From the NCBI RefSeq assembly GCF_001194135.2, contig NC_068984.1, positions 1,189,241 through 1,246,490 of the forward strand: a stretch of DNA of 57,250 nucleotides. The letters run 5' to 3'. Under the pieces are notes generated by a model. The model searched no databases and was not told where the DNA came from. It saw only the letters and a list, made by a program, of their open reading frames with translations. This stretch comes from Octopus bimaculoides. Its lineage: Eukaryota. A program made the translations under genes and the position numbers. Positions 1 through 12,519 of this stretch are shown here, in pieces (within the stretch, counting starts at the first letter, position 1; each line of letters begins with the position of its first letter).

Positions 1-311
1 GTACCTAGGAAAACCTCCAGACGTTTGAAATACTCCGACTGCCCTGCTCCTGTCGGAACGTAGGCAGCCAGTAGTCTGAAAGCAGCGCCGTCACTACTAT
101 CGACGTCCAGGACCACCAACTTACCTTCCGGATCCAGGAAGACTGCCCTTATTTTCAAGTCTAGGCCTTTCCGAAATAGCACCGCAGTACCTCCACCGCC
201 CGCTCCCGGCCGACACGGAGATAGGAAAATCTCGTATCCGCCAAAAAGGGCTGCGAGTTCCTGCGGGTTGGAGAGCCTGGTTTCGCTAATGGCTGCTGCA
301 TCTACACTTAA
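1..311 (-). mobile_element. L1/Tx1-clade LINE ORF2 apurinic-endonuclease fragment, 5'-truncated, runs off the window start
   Basis: Hand translation of the minus strand is open for about 100 codons: LSVDAAAISETRLSNPQELAALFGGYEIFLSPCRPGAGGGGTAVLFRKGLDLKIRAVFLDPEGKLVVLDVDSSDGAAFRLLAAYVPTGAGQSEYFKRLEVFLG. It carries APE motifs (ISET, GGxAVL, DPEGK, RLxxxYxP) and is much GC-richer than the flanks. Confidence 0.85.
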
Positions 312-750
312 TAATATGCTGCAACCACTGCTGCTACTACACATAAAAACAATAATACTGGTGATATCAGTGCTGATAATAATGATAATAATAAAAGGAA
401 ACGGGTGGAGCCTCCTCCTCTTCATAAGCTGATTAATGATGCATCGAGAGATGGTGTTACAATAAAAACACTGGTAACTGCGCAACCTGATAATCGCTAC
501 CTCATCTGAGTGACAATGAAAAAACAAAATATTGTGAATAACGGTGGTAACGAAATTGAAGCCAATGATGGTGACAGTGTTACACCCGGTAGGCTCAGAG
601 ATTCTGGTCCGGCTCCAGCCTGTCGATATCCAGAAAGGGACCACCACACACGGCGAAGAGGGAGCAAGCAAATTAATGCTGTGGTCATGGTGTGTTAATA
701 CCTGAGCAGCCCGAAAGATGAAAATCGTGCTCAAATTAGGAGTTACCGCA

Positions 751-1361
751 AATATTTTGTTCAATACCACAGATTTGCTTGTCTTGGTATAAAAAATGGG
801 CTACAGCAAATATTCTGCTCAATACTACAGATTTGCTTTGCCCTGATGCAGTACCAGGCAGTGGATCTTATGGTTTCTCATTTTAACTGTTTGGAAGTGT
901 TATCATGTACATGTATAAAAGATTAGCTACAGCAAATATTCTGCACAGATTTGTTTGTCAGTTGTTTGATCTGAACCAGTTGAGCAAGTCTCTTAGTGCC
1001 TGACGATATGTGCATCTCTGATCACGAGCAGAAGTAGTGGGGGAGCATCATAGTCATGTCTTGAGAGGAGTTCTTTGGGGTTTGAATGACTCACTTCTGG
1101 AAACATGGGTGTTTCTTTCATCATCCTTAGACAAACCTTTTTCAGGGACCTTTTGAGCAGGATGTGCCAGTCGACCTGACGAAAATCCTATCTGGACCCC
1201 CGCCTGCAAGGTCATGCGCTGTTTATCTTGATATGAGATCACCATGTCACGCATATGTGGTTGTGATGAATGTGCCTGGTGTACCTTTATCAGATAGGTA
1301 TACTGGGTTTCGTATATTTTACCCCAGTGTCACTTTGATGACATGCACTGCTCTTTTACTC
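751..1361. mobile_element. Non-coding interspersed repeat 'family D', copy 1, with partial duplicated segments at 751-838
   Basis: Highly similar to 1425-1694 and 41551-42094. Ends in ...GCACTGCTCT(C/T)TCACTC directly followed by (AAT)n. No convincing ORF. Confidence 0.85.
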
Positions 1362-1408
<47 letters not shown>

Positions 1409-1424
1409 TAATAATAATAAATAA
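1362..1424. repeat. (AAT)n microsatellite between two family D copies
   Basis: Directly visible; about 20 units with one AAC interruption. Confidence 0.98.
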
Positions 1425-1694
1425 TGCCCGGATGCAGTACCAGGCAGTGGCTCTCATGACTTCTGCTCTTGATTGGAAGTGTTATCATGTACATTGTTTT
1501 GTCTTGGTATAAAAAGATGGCCTACAGCAAATCTTCTGCTTAATACCACAGATTTGCTTGTCAGTTGTTTGACCATAACCAGTTGAGTATGTCCCTTAGT
1601 GGCTGACGATATGTGCATCTCTGATCACGAGCAGAAGTAGTAGGGGGGGAGCATCACAGGCATGTGTTGAGAGGAATTCTTTGGGGTTTGAATA
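1425..1694. mobile_element. Family D repeat, copy 2 (truncated, tandem to copy 1)
   Basis: Restarts with TGCCC(T/G)GATGCAGTACCAGGCAGTGG as at 839 and follows copy 1 to ...TTTGGGGTTTGAAT. Confidence 0.85.
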
Positions 1695-2500
1695 AATGTA
1701 ACAAAAGCGAAGATTGAAGGAAATATTAATTTTTTCCATAGTTTCTAGGGGTAAACAAATAGGAAAATAACAATCGCTACCCAAGGACAAAATTCGTGTT
1801 AGACAGAGTAATAAGTGTAAGTCACCAGATTTTGTAAAGCTGGTCAAAAGGGGAGTGTATAGGTAGTTAGCGAAGAGAGTTTAAATTTTAATGGCTTAAT
1901 CAGGAGATTAAGTCATGGCTGTCACAGGCCCTACAACACCAATAAAATCACCAGAAAAAGAGACTGTGACTTTGTCCCTCATTGACCCTCTCACACCGAT
2001 GAGATTATTGGTGAGGCTGGACTGTGTCTATAGCCATCGCAGGCCTTCTCACATTCACGATGTTACAGGAGGAAGAAAATGTGTCCATCACCCTCAAAGG
2101 CAATTATATCATTCGAAGGAAGGGACCATGTTATGGCCCTCAGGCTCTCTGACACCAATACGAACACTGGGAGGAATTTTATCCATGCCCATCATGGATC
2201 TTCTGACTTTGATGAGTTTACTGGGAGAAGGGACTTTATCCTCTTATGCTTTCCTTGGTTGGTAAGATCGATGTGGTTAATGTTCTATTTTCTGCAGAAA
2301 GTAAGGAAATCTAGTGGCCTGAGGTTGTAGGAAGAATGGGAATGTGCTAAATACTGGGTCTCGATTGGTGAAGGCAATACGTGTTACAAAGGAAGTAGAG
2401 AAGAGTGAGTCATCATGTGGGCCTGAGTGGAAAATGCACGGGATCAGCCAGCTTCAAGGAACAGAGGCTCCAGTAGTAAAGACGCTCTAATCACAGCCAT

Positions 2501-2895
2501 GCGCCTTCATGGTTCAGTGGTTAGAACGTCGAGCTCACAATCGTGAGGTAGTGAGTTCGATTCCCGGACAGGGTTGTGTAGTGTGTTCTTGCGCAAGACA
2601 CTTTATTTCACGTTGCTCCAGTTCACTCAGCTGTAGAAATGAGTTGTGATGTCACTGGTGCCAAGCTGTATCAACCCCTTTGCCTTTCCCNNNNNNNNNN
2701 GTTGTGATGTCACTGGTGCCAAGCTGTATCAACCCCTTTGCCTTTCCCTTGGATAACATCAGTGGTGTGGAGACGGGAGGAGGTTGGCATGGACGGGCGA
2801 CTGCTGGTCTTCCATAAACAAGCTCGCTCGGACTTGTTCCTCAGAGGGCAACTTTCTAGGTGCGATCCCAGGGTCATTCGTGACCGAAGGGTGCC
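2501..2895 (+). mobile_element. tRNA-derived SINE 'family B' with CORE-like central domain
   Basis: A-box TGGTTCAGTGG, B-box GAGTTCGATTCCC, CTCACAA anticodon-like loop, then GTTCTTGCGCAAGACACTTT (CORE-like). An inverted copy lies at 54310-54633. Confidence 0.85.
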
Positions 2896-5800
2896 TTTGC
2901 CCTGTAGCGGTACCAGTAATGGTGGTAAAAATCATAGTGAGAAGACAGTGTGTCTGTGGGCCAAGGAATGGAGTGAATTTAGCGGGGTGTAAATGAAAGT
3001 GAAATCTAGATGTAACTAACTGGAAGGTCACCACTATTTAACGGTGCTTCTTAGCGTTGTGTTTCATCAAAGGATGCAAACAGGAAGTTATTTACTCTTA
3101 CAAACAATAAGGTCCTTCATTTAAGCAATATTTCTTTTATCGATAAAAATTGTTGCTAGCGTAATAAGAAATTCCACCTTTAAAAATGAATTATTTCACG
3201 TTCTCTCGAAGTTTTTACATTCTTATGACATAAACAGTATAAAATTTTCGCTGCTAAGAATAAACCTTCTAAAATGAAGAAGTGAGAAATTCGGAGGCTT
3301 ACGCCGGTGCTTTGGAAGAACGTTTGTCACATTTACACATGTGGGTTCCATCCCGACGGACAGCATTCAACATTTTCTATCCAAAAGTTTTATTTTAACC
3401 AAATACGTACACTATTGTTATTTATAGCTTTATCTACTTCGAGTTCCATCTTTAAAAACAAATTACTGCTGTATTCAGTGCACTTCATTGAAGTTCATTT
3501 GGAACAAGACTATAGTCTCCTTACCACGTCGCTGTTCTCGTATACACCCTTACTCTGATCTAGAAACTATTTCAAAACGAACAAATAAACAAAAAACCAC
3601 GTGTAGAATTTGTAGGAGATGATCATATTATTATTTGGCAACACACATAGGACCTAACTTTCGAACTGCTGAAGATTTCTTCTATACATTTTTGATCGAT
3701 AAATGGTTTTTCATTTTTTGGCAATGAATGGAAAAATTTTCAAACTTTCTTTGATAGCTTTTTCTCTACACAAACATTTGAGTTCTTTTTTTTTTTTTCA
3801 AACATACATAAATATATTGTAAAAACTACATCACATTATCTACATTACAAACTTTCGTGGTGGCTTTTAACTAAGACGTTACTGTTATAATTGGTGGTGA
3901 TGGTGATGGTGGTGGTGCTGCTGCTGCAGTTGTTGTGTTTCGAGATTTAACTTCAAACATCAAAGATTGTCAACCACTCAATTTCAAATCCACTGAAATT
4001 ATTGTACTGTCTTCCTCCTTTTTTAATAGAATTATCTCTGACATTTCTGCTACCACCTCCTCCTCCGCCATCACCATGTCGCCGACGGTGCTTCATCCGA
4101 TATCGGAATCGTTCCGTTAACATATGAAAGCTGTGTCTGTATGAATCTGACTTTTATTTCCTAAGCTCAGACTTAACGGATGAACAAATCAAAATTGCAA
4201 ATTTAAAATGAAGTGGTTTTCACAATGTTTCATCTGCCCTCTTTTTACCATCAACGTCTTAGCCTTCAATCATCGTCTTAGCTCGTTTTTTACTCATTGT
4301 GAGAAGAGTAATGCAATCAACATTTTCTTCCAGAATTATTTCACTTTACAATTCCTTCTCGATTCGGATTTTATCCAATCATACATTTTCAACAGTTAAA
4401 ATAGGATATGAACCTTCATAATCTAATAGGATCTTTAGATGTTAAGGACACGAACCCTTTCTCACAGGTCCATTATCTTCTATCTTATTGAATGGACATC
4501 ATCTGAGTTCTTTGAACAAGGCTCTTTATCTTGACAGTAAATACAATTTGAGGCTTTCGCTAAGGACGTATTGCTGTGAATTCCTTCAACAAAATGAGAT
4601 TTGTACATTGTAGGCCTATAAACAATATATAAATAGCGAATCTAGAAGAAATGAAAGAATAAAGTAGACAGATTCAATGACAGATTGTTAGTTGAGAAGC
4701 AAGATCAATGAGTTTATATTTTTGAGTGGAGAGTAAGGGGTTTGCTAATGTTCTGTAGTGGCGATGTAAAAGGAGGCGGTAATTCGCTTCAATTACATGA
4801 CAGTAAGTTGATATGAATGAGTATATTAGAGAGCGAGAGCGAGAGGGGGAGCTAGGGGAGAGGGGGNNNNNNNNNNNNNNNNNNNNNNNNNNNNNNNNNN
4901 NNNNNNNNNNNNNNNNNNNNNNNNNNNNNNNNNNNNNNNNNNNNNNNNNNNNNNNNNNNNNNNNNNNNNNNNNNNNNNNNNNNNNNNNNNNNNNNNNNNN
5001 NNNNNNNNNNNNNNNNNNNNNNNNNNNNNNNNNNNNNNNNNNNNNNNNNNNNNNNNNNNNNNNNNNNNNNNNNNNNNNNNNNNNNNNNNNNNNNNNNNNN
5101 NNNNNNNNNNNNNNNNNNNNNNNNNNNNNNNNNNNNNNNNNNNNNNNNNNNNNNNNNNNNNNNNNNNNNNNNNNNNNNNNNNNNNNNNNNNNNNNNNNNN
5201 NNNNNNNNNNNNNNNNGAGAGAGGGGGAGAGAGAGAGGTGTAACTGTAACAACACAGGTACACATGCTCTCAGGAGTCACGAGAAATCGCTGATTGAGGA
5301 GTATGACCTGATGTAGTCGATAGTACCTCGTGAATTAAGTGGGACTAATAACCAGCAATTGAGGTGGATTTTAGTATGAAGAGTTAAGCTATGGTGTTGA
5401 ACGGGTGGGTAACTGCAGATTTGGCAAGAAGAGTCACTGCAAGTTCACGATTTTAGGTTATGTTAATTTCCATTATGTTAGCTAATTACTTAGTTAATTA
5501 GCTTGCGCAAGGAGAAATTATTCTCAGTGAGAGGAGAGTGGCACTGAAGTGTTTATGGTGAAAGATTGTTGAATGCGGTGAAGTATGATTGGAATAAAGA
5601 GGTACCAAATTATATGGAACTAATAAAGAAACGTTTTAAAAATCTAAAGAATGCACACCAGACGAGGCTCGATTAGTTAGGCCTCACAAATGTAGAGTAT
5701 TTAGTGGGCCTCAATAAAATGTAGTTTGAGCTTTGTCAAGCTGTGGAACTACAGATGCTATATTTCTAATGAGACGACTGCAAAATAGGACCTTCGCTAT

Positions 5801-6128
5801 GCACAATCAACAGAGCCGAGGACTGGTTAAAAGGCCTAGGACTAACCTTCAATCACCCCTCTTCTCTATTACCCAATAAGCTCTGAGGATACTAAGACGA
5901 CATGAATTGCTCATGGCAGCCGTATAAGACATGTATAAAAAAGCTGTTAGCAGCGTTATATTTGGTGGCAAGTTGAAGTACGAAGACTCAGGCCTTATCC
6001 ACTTCTAGAACCTTTCACACAAGATTTCAAAGCTGTTTCTATTTTAAAAGTTGATTTGTTCTTTATGGTTTTGTGAAGCCCAGCTTCTCAAGATTGGGCC
6101 TAGGATAGATAATCACATAGCCAAGTAC

Positions 6129-6171
<43 letters not shown>

Positions 6172-8422
6172 TAAATGCGATCCGGTTCGCAGAAGAGAAT
6201 TCGAAATCTTGGTACCATTTAGGAAGTAAACATGATTGATAGATAGGAAGGAAGAAGCTAGGGGATCAATGATTTGTACTTAGTTACAACTAATTATGTG
6301 ATCCAATTAATGCAAGAGATGACAGTAACAAAAGCATAATTGTTAGAGTTTGAAAGAGATAAACATCAGAGGTTTGTTCACCATGCTGGCAATTAAAATA
6401 GGTCCCCCTTTTATCAGGAAAACTGCATAATGTTTAAGGCTGGGAAAATTTGGGCATTAAGGGTGTAAGAGTGTAAGAGTCGTGGATAAATTAAGTGGAC
6501 ATAATCCTCTGTTTAATGTTAATCTGCAGGAAAACAAAAACAAAAATAACGGAACACAGCTGAGTTGTCGAATAAACACTAAATGCATCGGGCGAAATGT
6601 AGAGAACTGATAACTGCGTTGGTATGGATATGTCATAGGATTGGACAATGTCAGAGAAAAAAGAACAAAGGGAATGCTTTTTCTTTCTTTTATTTTTTTC
6701 GTAATCTAATCAGACAGTAACCAAGTCCCTCCTACGCCACCGCATTTCTGACATCACTGAATGACTGCTAAGAGTCATTCAGTAAATCCCGAAATTGCCT
6801 TCGATTCAGCTGTGATATTTTTACTATCACAATGATCGTGGACGAACAGATTCAGACAGATTGTGGATATTTTATTCTGGAATGCAACTGGCCAACAGTT
6901 TTTCACCAGATGTGTAGCATTGTTTGGGGGAGGGTGTATCAGTTTTCTTTCTGCCAACGCTAAACAATTTAAGTTTATATTTCCATTGGGTAAGTGTATG
7001 AATAGGATAAGCTTTTCTATCCTTTGGGACCACAATCTCACGTGTCTTGTCATTCAAACTGTTTTTGGTTAATGCACAAACTATGTTCTAGGTTTCTTGT
7101 AGCCAACCCACCTTCTTAACATCTCTTTCCTCTCTCCAGACAAACATATCACACATGACATGAACAGTCAATGATGTGATGATGCCTAACAAGGCTGAAA
7201 TGCATCTGGCGTTCTAGTTAACCGCTGGCCCGAACGATTTTTTCTGTCGCTTCGATAAATATTTTACTTTTAAACACAACACGCCCGTACTAGATTTCAT
7301 CTCAGGCGAAAACCGTAGCAACCTACCTGTCGACGATGTATATACATTATGAAATATAGATGACTACTTTGATTTAGTACTCTTCATCCTATTCTACATA
7401 CAGATACCTTCTTTCCTATACCAATGCACACCATCCATTTCCCCTTTTGAAATCGCCCCGAATAAGAACCGAATTCTCACCTGCCTCTAACTTTTCACAA
7501 CCACAGTTTTTTTATTCTTCTTTAGTTTTTCTGACTATCTTCCCCATTCTTTTTTCTTTTCTGAAGAAGGATTAACTTCCGAAATGTCACGACTGATTCC
7601 CTTCTTTTTAAGCATTAAATTTATTTATTAAAATTCTCCCCATCCCATGTTGTCTTCTGCTTATTGCTTAATACATACATACACACGCGCGCGCGCGCGC
7701 ATGCATGCATGCATACACACACATGCATGCATACACACACACACACACTATTTCATTTTTGTTACTGTATCATATACCTGGCTGTAACTACTGATCTGAT
7801 ATTATTAGAGAGCTTAAAACTTAGCCAATCTTCTCCAGACTGTATTTACTGCGTTTCCACGCTACGAAACTAAGGGAAGACCATCACAATGCGAAGGACT
7901 AAATACACCTCGGAGAACTTCCCCTTCGATTCATTCCGTTTCTTCTTTATCACATATTTTTCCTTTTTTCTTTCTTCTTTTTCCTTCTCTCTTTTATGTT
8001 CATTTCAATATCAAGCTAAACTGGCCAATCAACGACGCGAACCAGTTTGATAATTGATAGGTTTTTAGTTGCATTCTTTAGACTGTGTATTCGAATAAAA
8101 GAAAGACGACCTTGGTTTAGCATCAGTTGAATACGTGGAACAACTACAGACATACCCCAAAGCTAATCATTGAATGAAGAACTAGATGATAAATCAATGG
8201 CTTTTTCTCTTTTGTGGCAGCTTCATGTGTAAATACTGAGCGACACAAGTACAACACTAATTACCACACACACACACACACACACACACGTACATGTTCA
8301 CACATGCTTTCATACATAGACATATGCAAGCAGATTTTAAATATACATACACACTCAGATACACACAAGCATATTCACAAACAGCTATAGAATGATGATA
8401 TTAACAACAACAATACTATTAC

Positions 8423-8453
<31 letters not shown>

Positions 8454-9684
8454 TGCAGTGAGACCTACGCTGTTTTAGAACTTCCCTGAACAAGTAAAGT
8501 TCATTGTAAATTATAAATGTGCACCCGAAGAAAATAGACCTCTGGCTTGTAGGTACGTCATTTCATACAATCACTTTTTGTACTTGCATACACACATGGA
8601 TATTGCATACATATCTACACACACACACACATTACATACATACCCACCCACCCACACACACGGACATTACTTACATACCTACACACACACACACGGACAT
8701 TACATACCTACACACACGCATATATATATATATATATATATAAAAGATAATAAGAGTGAAAAAACTACAGAAGGCTTGTGTTACATGGTTAAAGTATATA
8801 TTTAAATTATGTCAGAAAAATGTGAGAAAAATGTTAGAAAAATGTTACAAAATCTTTTTGGTATATAAACATTGTATTTTGAGAAATCACCGGTTTCGTG
8901 TTGNNNNNNNNNNNNNNNNNNNNNNNNNNNNNNNNNNNNNNNNNNNNNNNNNNNNNNNNNNNNNNNNNNNNNNNNNNNNNNNNNNNNNNNNNNNNNNNNN
9001 NNNNNNNNNNNNNNNNNNNNNNNNNNNNNNNNNNNNNNNNNNNNNNNNNNNNNNNNNNNNNNNNNNNNNNNNNNNNNNNNNNNNNNNNNNNNNNNNNNNN
9101 NNNNNNNNNNNNNNNNNNNNNNNNNNNNNNNNNNNNNNNNNNNNNNNNNNNNNNNNNNNNNNNNNNNNNNNNNNNNNNNNNNNNNNNNNNNNNNNNNNNN
9201 NNNNNNNNNNNNNNNNNNNNNNNNNNNNNNNNNNNNNNNNNNNNNNNNNNNNNNNNNNNNNNNNNNNNNNNNNNNNNNNNNNNNNNNNNNNNNNNNNNNN
9301 NNNNNNNNNNNNNNNNNNNNNNNNNNNNNNNNNNNNNNNNNNNNNNNNNNNNNNNNNNNNNNNNNNNNNNNNNNNNNNNNNNNNNNNNNNNNNNNNNNNN
9401 NNNNNNNNNNNNNNNNNNNNNNNNNNNNNNNNNNNNNNNNNNNNNNNNNNNNNNNNNNNNNNNNNNNNNNNNNNNNNNNNNNNNNNNNNNNNNNNNNNNN
9501 NNNNNNNNNNNNNNNNNNNNNNNNNNNNNNNNNNNNNNNNNNNNNNNNNNNNNNNNNNNNNNNNNNNNNNNNNNNNNNNNNNNNNNNNNNNNNNNNNNNN
9601 NNNNNNNNNNNNNNNNNNNNNNNNNNNNNNNNNNNNNNNNNNNNNNNNNNNNNNNNNNNNNNTCAGAATGTGTTATATGCAGCC

Positions 9685-10064
9685 ATATATGTGTGTGTGT
9701 GTGTATATATAGACACACACACACACATATACATATATATACAAATATATATATACATATATATATATATAGACACACACGCACACATATACATATATAC
9801 ATACATATATATGTACATATGTGTGTGTGTGCATATATATATGTGTGTGTTGTGTACATACATATATACATACATCCACAAACACACACACACATTATAC
9901 ATATAATATACACACACATATACATACATACATATACCGACACACGTACATACAGAAGCACACATTTTCTGTGATTGTGTGGGTGTATGGGTGAATGCGT
10001 ATGTATGTGTGCGTATAAGTACACGCATTCACACACTTATGCATGTACGTCATTGTTCAGTTTT

Positions 10065-10097
<33 letters not shown>

Positions 10098-10107
10098 NNN
10101 NNNNNNN

Positions 10108-10139
<32 letters not shown>

Positions 10140-10405
10140 AGAGAGAGAGCAAGAAAGTGAAGCACTGAAGAGGGTTGGTTTCAGTCTCAGTGTGTGCGTG
10201 TGTATCAGTATGTTTAAGCAAAGAGTGTGTGTGTGTGTATGTGTGTGTGTGTGTGTATGTGTGTGTGTGTGTATGTGTGTGTGTGTGTATGTGTGTGTAT
10301 GTGTGTGTGTATGTGTGTGTATGTGTGTGTGTATGTGTGTGTGTGTGTATGTGTATGTGTGTGTGTATGTGTGTGTGTGTATGTGTGTGTGTGTGTATGT
10401 GTGTG
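9685..10405. repeat. Large compound (TA)/(CA)/(TG)/(TATG) microsatellite field next to an assembly gap
   Basis: Directly visible; generates the spurious HT/VC/YI ORFs. Confidence 0.95.
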
Positions 10406-10994
10406 AAGTCATTAAGCAAGTGTGAGACTGGCTTTGTATTTCAATCAGAGCCAATTAATTAGTAGATGTGTCTTCAGGTTTCGTGTGTTGGATTAGTGAT
10501 TAGTGATCGGTGGGAGGGGGGAAGGGTAGTTCAGTTAAGTACAGTCTGACCCCCTCCCCCGCCCCATCAAGTCCTCGGCGGGGCGGGGACCCTTCTTTGT
10601 CTGAGTGGGAACTCTTTCATTTACAGACTTCGAACTAATGGCAGAACCAGATAATATGTCTGCGTGATGAGACAGAGAGAGAAAGAGAGACGAGGAGAGG
10701 AGGAGGGTTGAGAGGTGGGTGAACTAAGACTTACCTGACAGATGTGAATGTAATCAAGAATTTCTGTAAAGGTTGTAATAAAAGAACAAAAGGCCTATTA
10801 ATAGTAAACCGGGCGAAGGTGAAGACGATGGTGCAGCGAAGAGTCTCAATATCTCGCTGTCGACATGTGTTGTTTGCAAGGATTTGTAATGAACAAGGAA
10901 AAAGTACTCAATACATGGTTTGGGGTATGAATATATTTCGACTGGGATGTATATGCTGTTACGAGTGAATAAATGTGAAGTAACAGCCTACCTT

Positions 10995-11310
10995 TCTCAG
11001 TCGTTAGACTGCGGCAATGCTGAGGCACCGCTTTGAAAAATTTTTAGCCGAATAAATCGAACCCAATACTTTTTATTTTCTTTTTTAAACCTGGGACTTA
11101 TTCTGTCGGTCCCTTTTACTACCAAGTTACAGGGACGTAAACACACCAACGCCAGCTGTCAAGTGGTTGTGGAGGACAAACAGTTTCCGTCTACCAAATC
11201 CACACACAGGGCCTCAGGTTATAGTAGAAGACACTTGTCCAAGGTGCCACGCAGTGGGACGGAACACAGGACCATGTGGATGCTAAGCAAGCTTCTTACC
11301 ACACAACCAC
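10995..11310 (-). mobile_element. tRNA-derived SINE 'family A', degenerate with internal deletion
   Basis: Reverse complement matches the head (TGTGTGGTAAGAAGCTTGCTT...GGCACCTTGGACAAGTGTCTTCTACTATA) and tail of the copy at 12520-12940. Confidence 0.85.
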
Positions 11311-11394
11311 TCTTTTTATTCTTTTGTACTTTTCAGTCGAAAGACAATGGCTATGCAGGGGCACCGCCAGTATGAACACCTTTCAATGGCAATT

Positions 11395-11790
11395 CTTTAT
11401 GATTGGTTTTTGGTGAAGGTGGGAGTTCGATATTGCTACCCTCTTGAATTTCTTGCCTTGATATCGGTTCATCTGCGACAGCAGGAACTTAACTTGTTTC
11501 GTGGAAACATCTACCCTTGCTCCATGTAGATCTCTTAAATGTTCTGGCAAGATATTAAATAGCTGTGGACTTTGAGTACCAAATTATTGCAGTACATGGT
11601 CCACACTCTAGACGAGATGGGTGGGACCTTTGGAACAGTGCAGTGACGTCCAGTTCGAAGACTGGTATAACTTCCAATGTCATAAGTGAGTCACTGTATA
11701 TCTCTCCCGTCCTTGCTCCAGCGAGTCGGGTTGTAACTCTTTCAGTCTCTCCCAAGAGCTCGGCTGTTCGTTTGATGCTATCTTCCTGGT
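11395..11790 (-). mobile_element. CR1/L2-group LINE, degenerate 3' end of ORF2
   Basis: Frameshifted minus-strand translation gives WERLKELQPDSLEQGRERY ... SYTSLRTGRHCTVPKVP ... QLFNILPEHLRDLHG, the RT C-terminal pattern (LxxLExRRERY; QLFNxLP) of CR1-like LINEs. Confidence 0.7.
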
Positions 11791-11811
11791 ATATATATAT
11801 ATATATATATA

Positions 11812-12044
11812 TAACAATTAGAAAATGGAGGATAATATGCTGAACCCAACTACTTGCAGACGGTGTATCCCGTTGAATTCATTAATTTAATTCATAGCAA
11901 AAGTGACAAAAAAAGAAAGAAAAAGATTTCTTTTTCTTTCTTTTTTTTGTCACTTTTGCTATGAATTAAATTAATGAATTCAACGGGATACACCGTCTGC
12001 AAGTAGTTGGGTTCAGCATATTATCCTCCATTTTCTAATTGTTA
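11812..12044. repeat. 233-bp near-perfect palindrome (fold-back inverted repeat)
   Basis: 11812-11926 is the reverse complement of about 11930-12044, apart from A7 versus T8 in one homopolymer; the loop is at most 4 nt (ATTT). Confidence 0.97.
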
Positions 12045-12199
12045 CACAAATTTTGGGTAAGACCTCCACTTTTACCCGCTCCCATTGATTGCACCTAGTA
12101 TAGCACTAGTGTAGCAATAATTGGGTACCCTCCCAGCAGTAAACTGGATAGATACTATCCCTTAGTGGGTTGAACTCCCAACCCCTAACTCTCTCACGT

Positions 12200-12230
<31 letters not shown>

Positions 12231-12519
12231 GGAATTGAATATATTTGTTGTCTTTCTTGTTTCAAATATTATGACTAGATCCATGGAGATATTTTCGATA
12301 AAATTTTTTGTCCGTTAGGCTCATACGTCAGCAGCCAAGTGGTGACTTGTTTGTTGCAGCCAAATTTTTGGCCGTTAGGTTTTCATGCTAGTAGCCACGA
12401 GTTTATTTCTTAAATGTGTGTGTGTTTTGTTTATTTAGTCATTGTAATGCGATATGAATATGGTTTCCATAATTTATCTTCTATTTTTGGTAGAGAGTTT
12501 TATAAAGAATATAAATATA

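Noticed and set aside
1900-2490. Moderately GC-rich stretch with 83-116 aa ORFs; also 5216-6000 and 37240-37490
   Set aside because: Probably ancient LINE debris, but no diagnostic motif could be read with confidence.
2510-2580. tRNA-Val(CAC)-like sequence
   Set aside because: Lacks a proper acceptor stem and continues into a SINE body; it is a SINE head, not a tRNA gene.
2644-2747. 47-bp direct repeat around a 10-N gap
   Set aside because: Identical overlap either side of a gap: unmerged contig ends, an assembly artefact.
3130-3540. TATCGATA (DRE-like) motif and a possible minus-strand donor
   Set aside because: Single short motifs expected by chance; no supporting gene structure.
6775-7200. 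Short minus-strand ORFs, including an EGGLATRNL string resembling L1 GGLG motifs
   Set aside because: The frames are inconsistent and no further motifs support it; left unassigned.
8756-10462. Long ORFs (300-400 aa) in the ORF track; likewise those at 4674-5316, 42438-43139, 45122-45567 and 46400-46829
   Set aside because: Made of N gaps (X) and dinucleotide repeats (HT/YI/VC/ER); not proteins.
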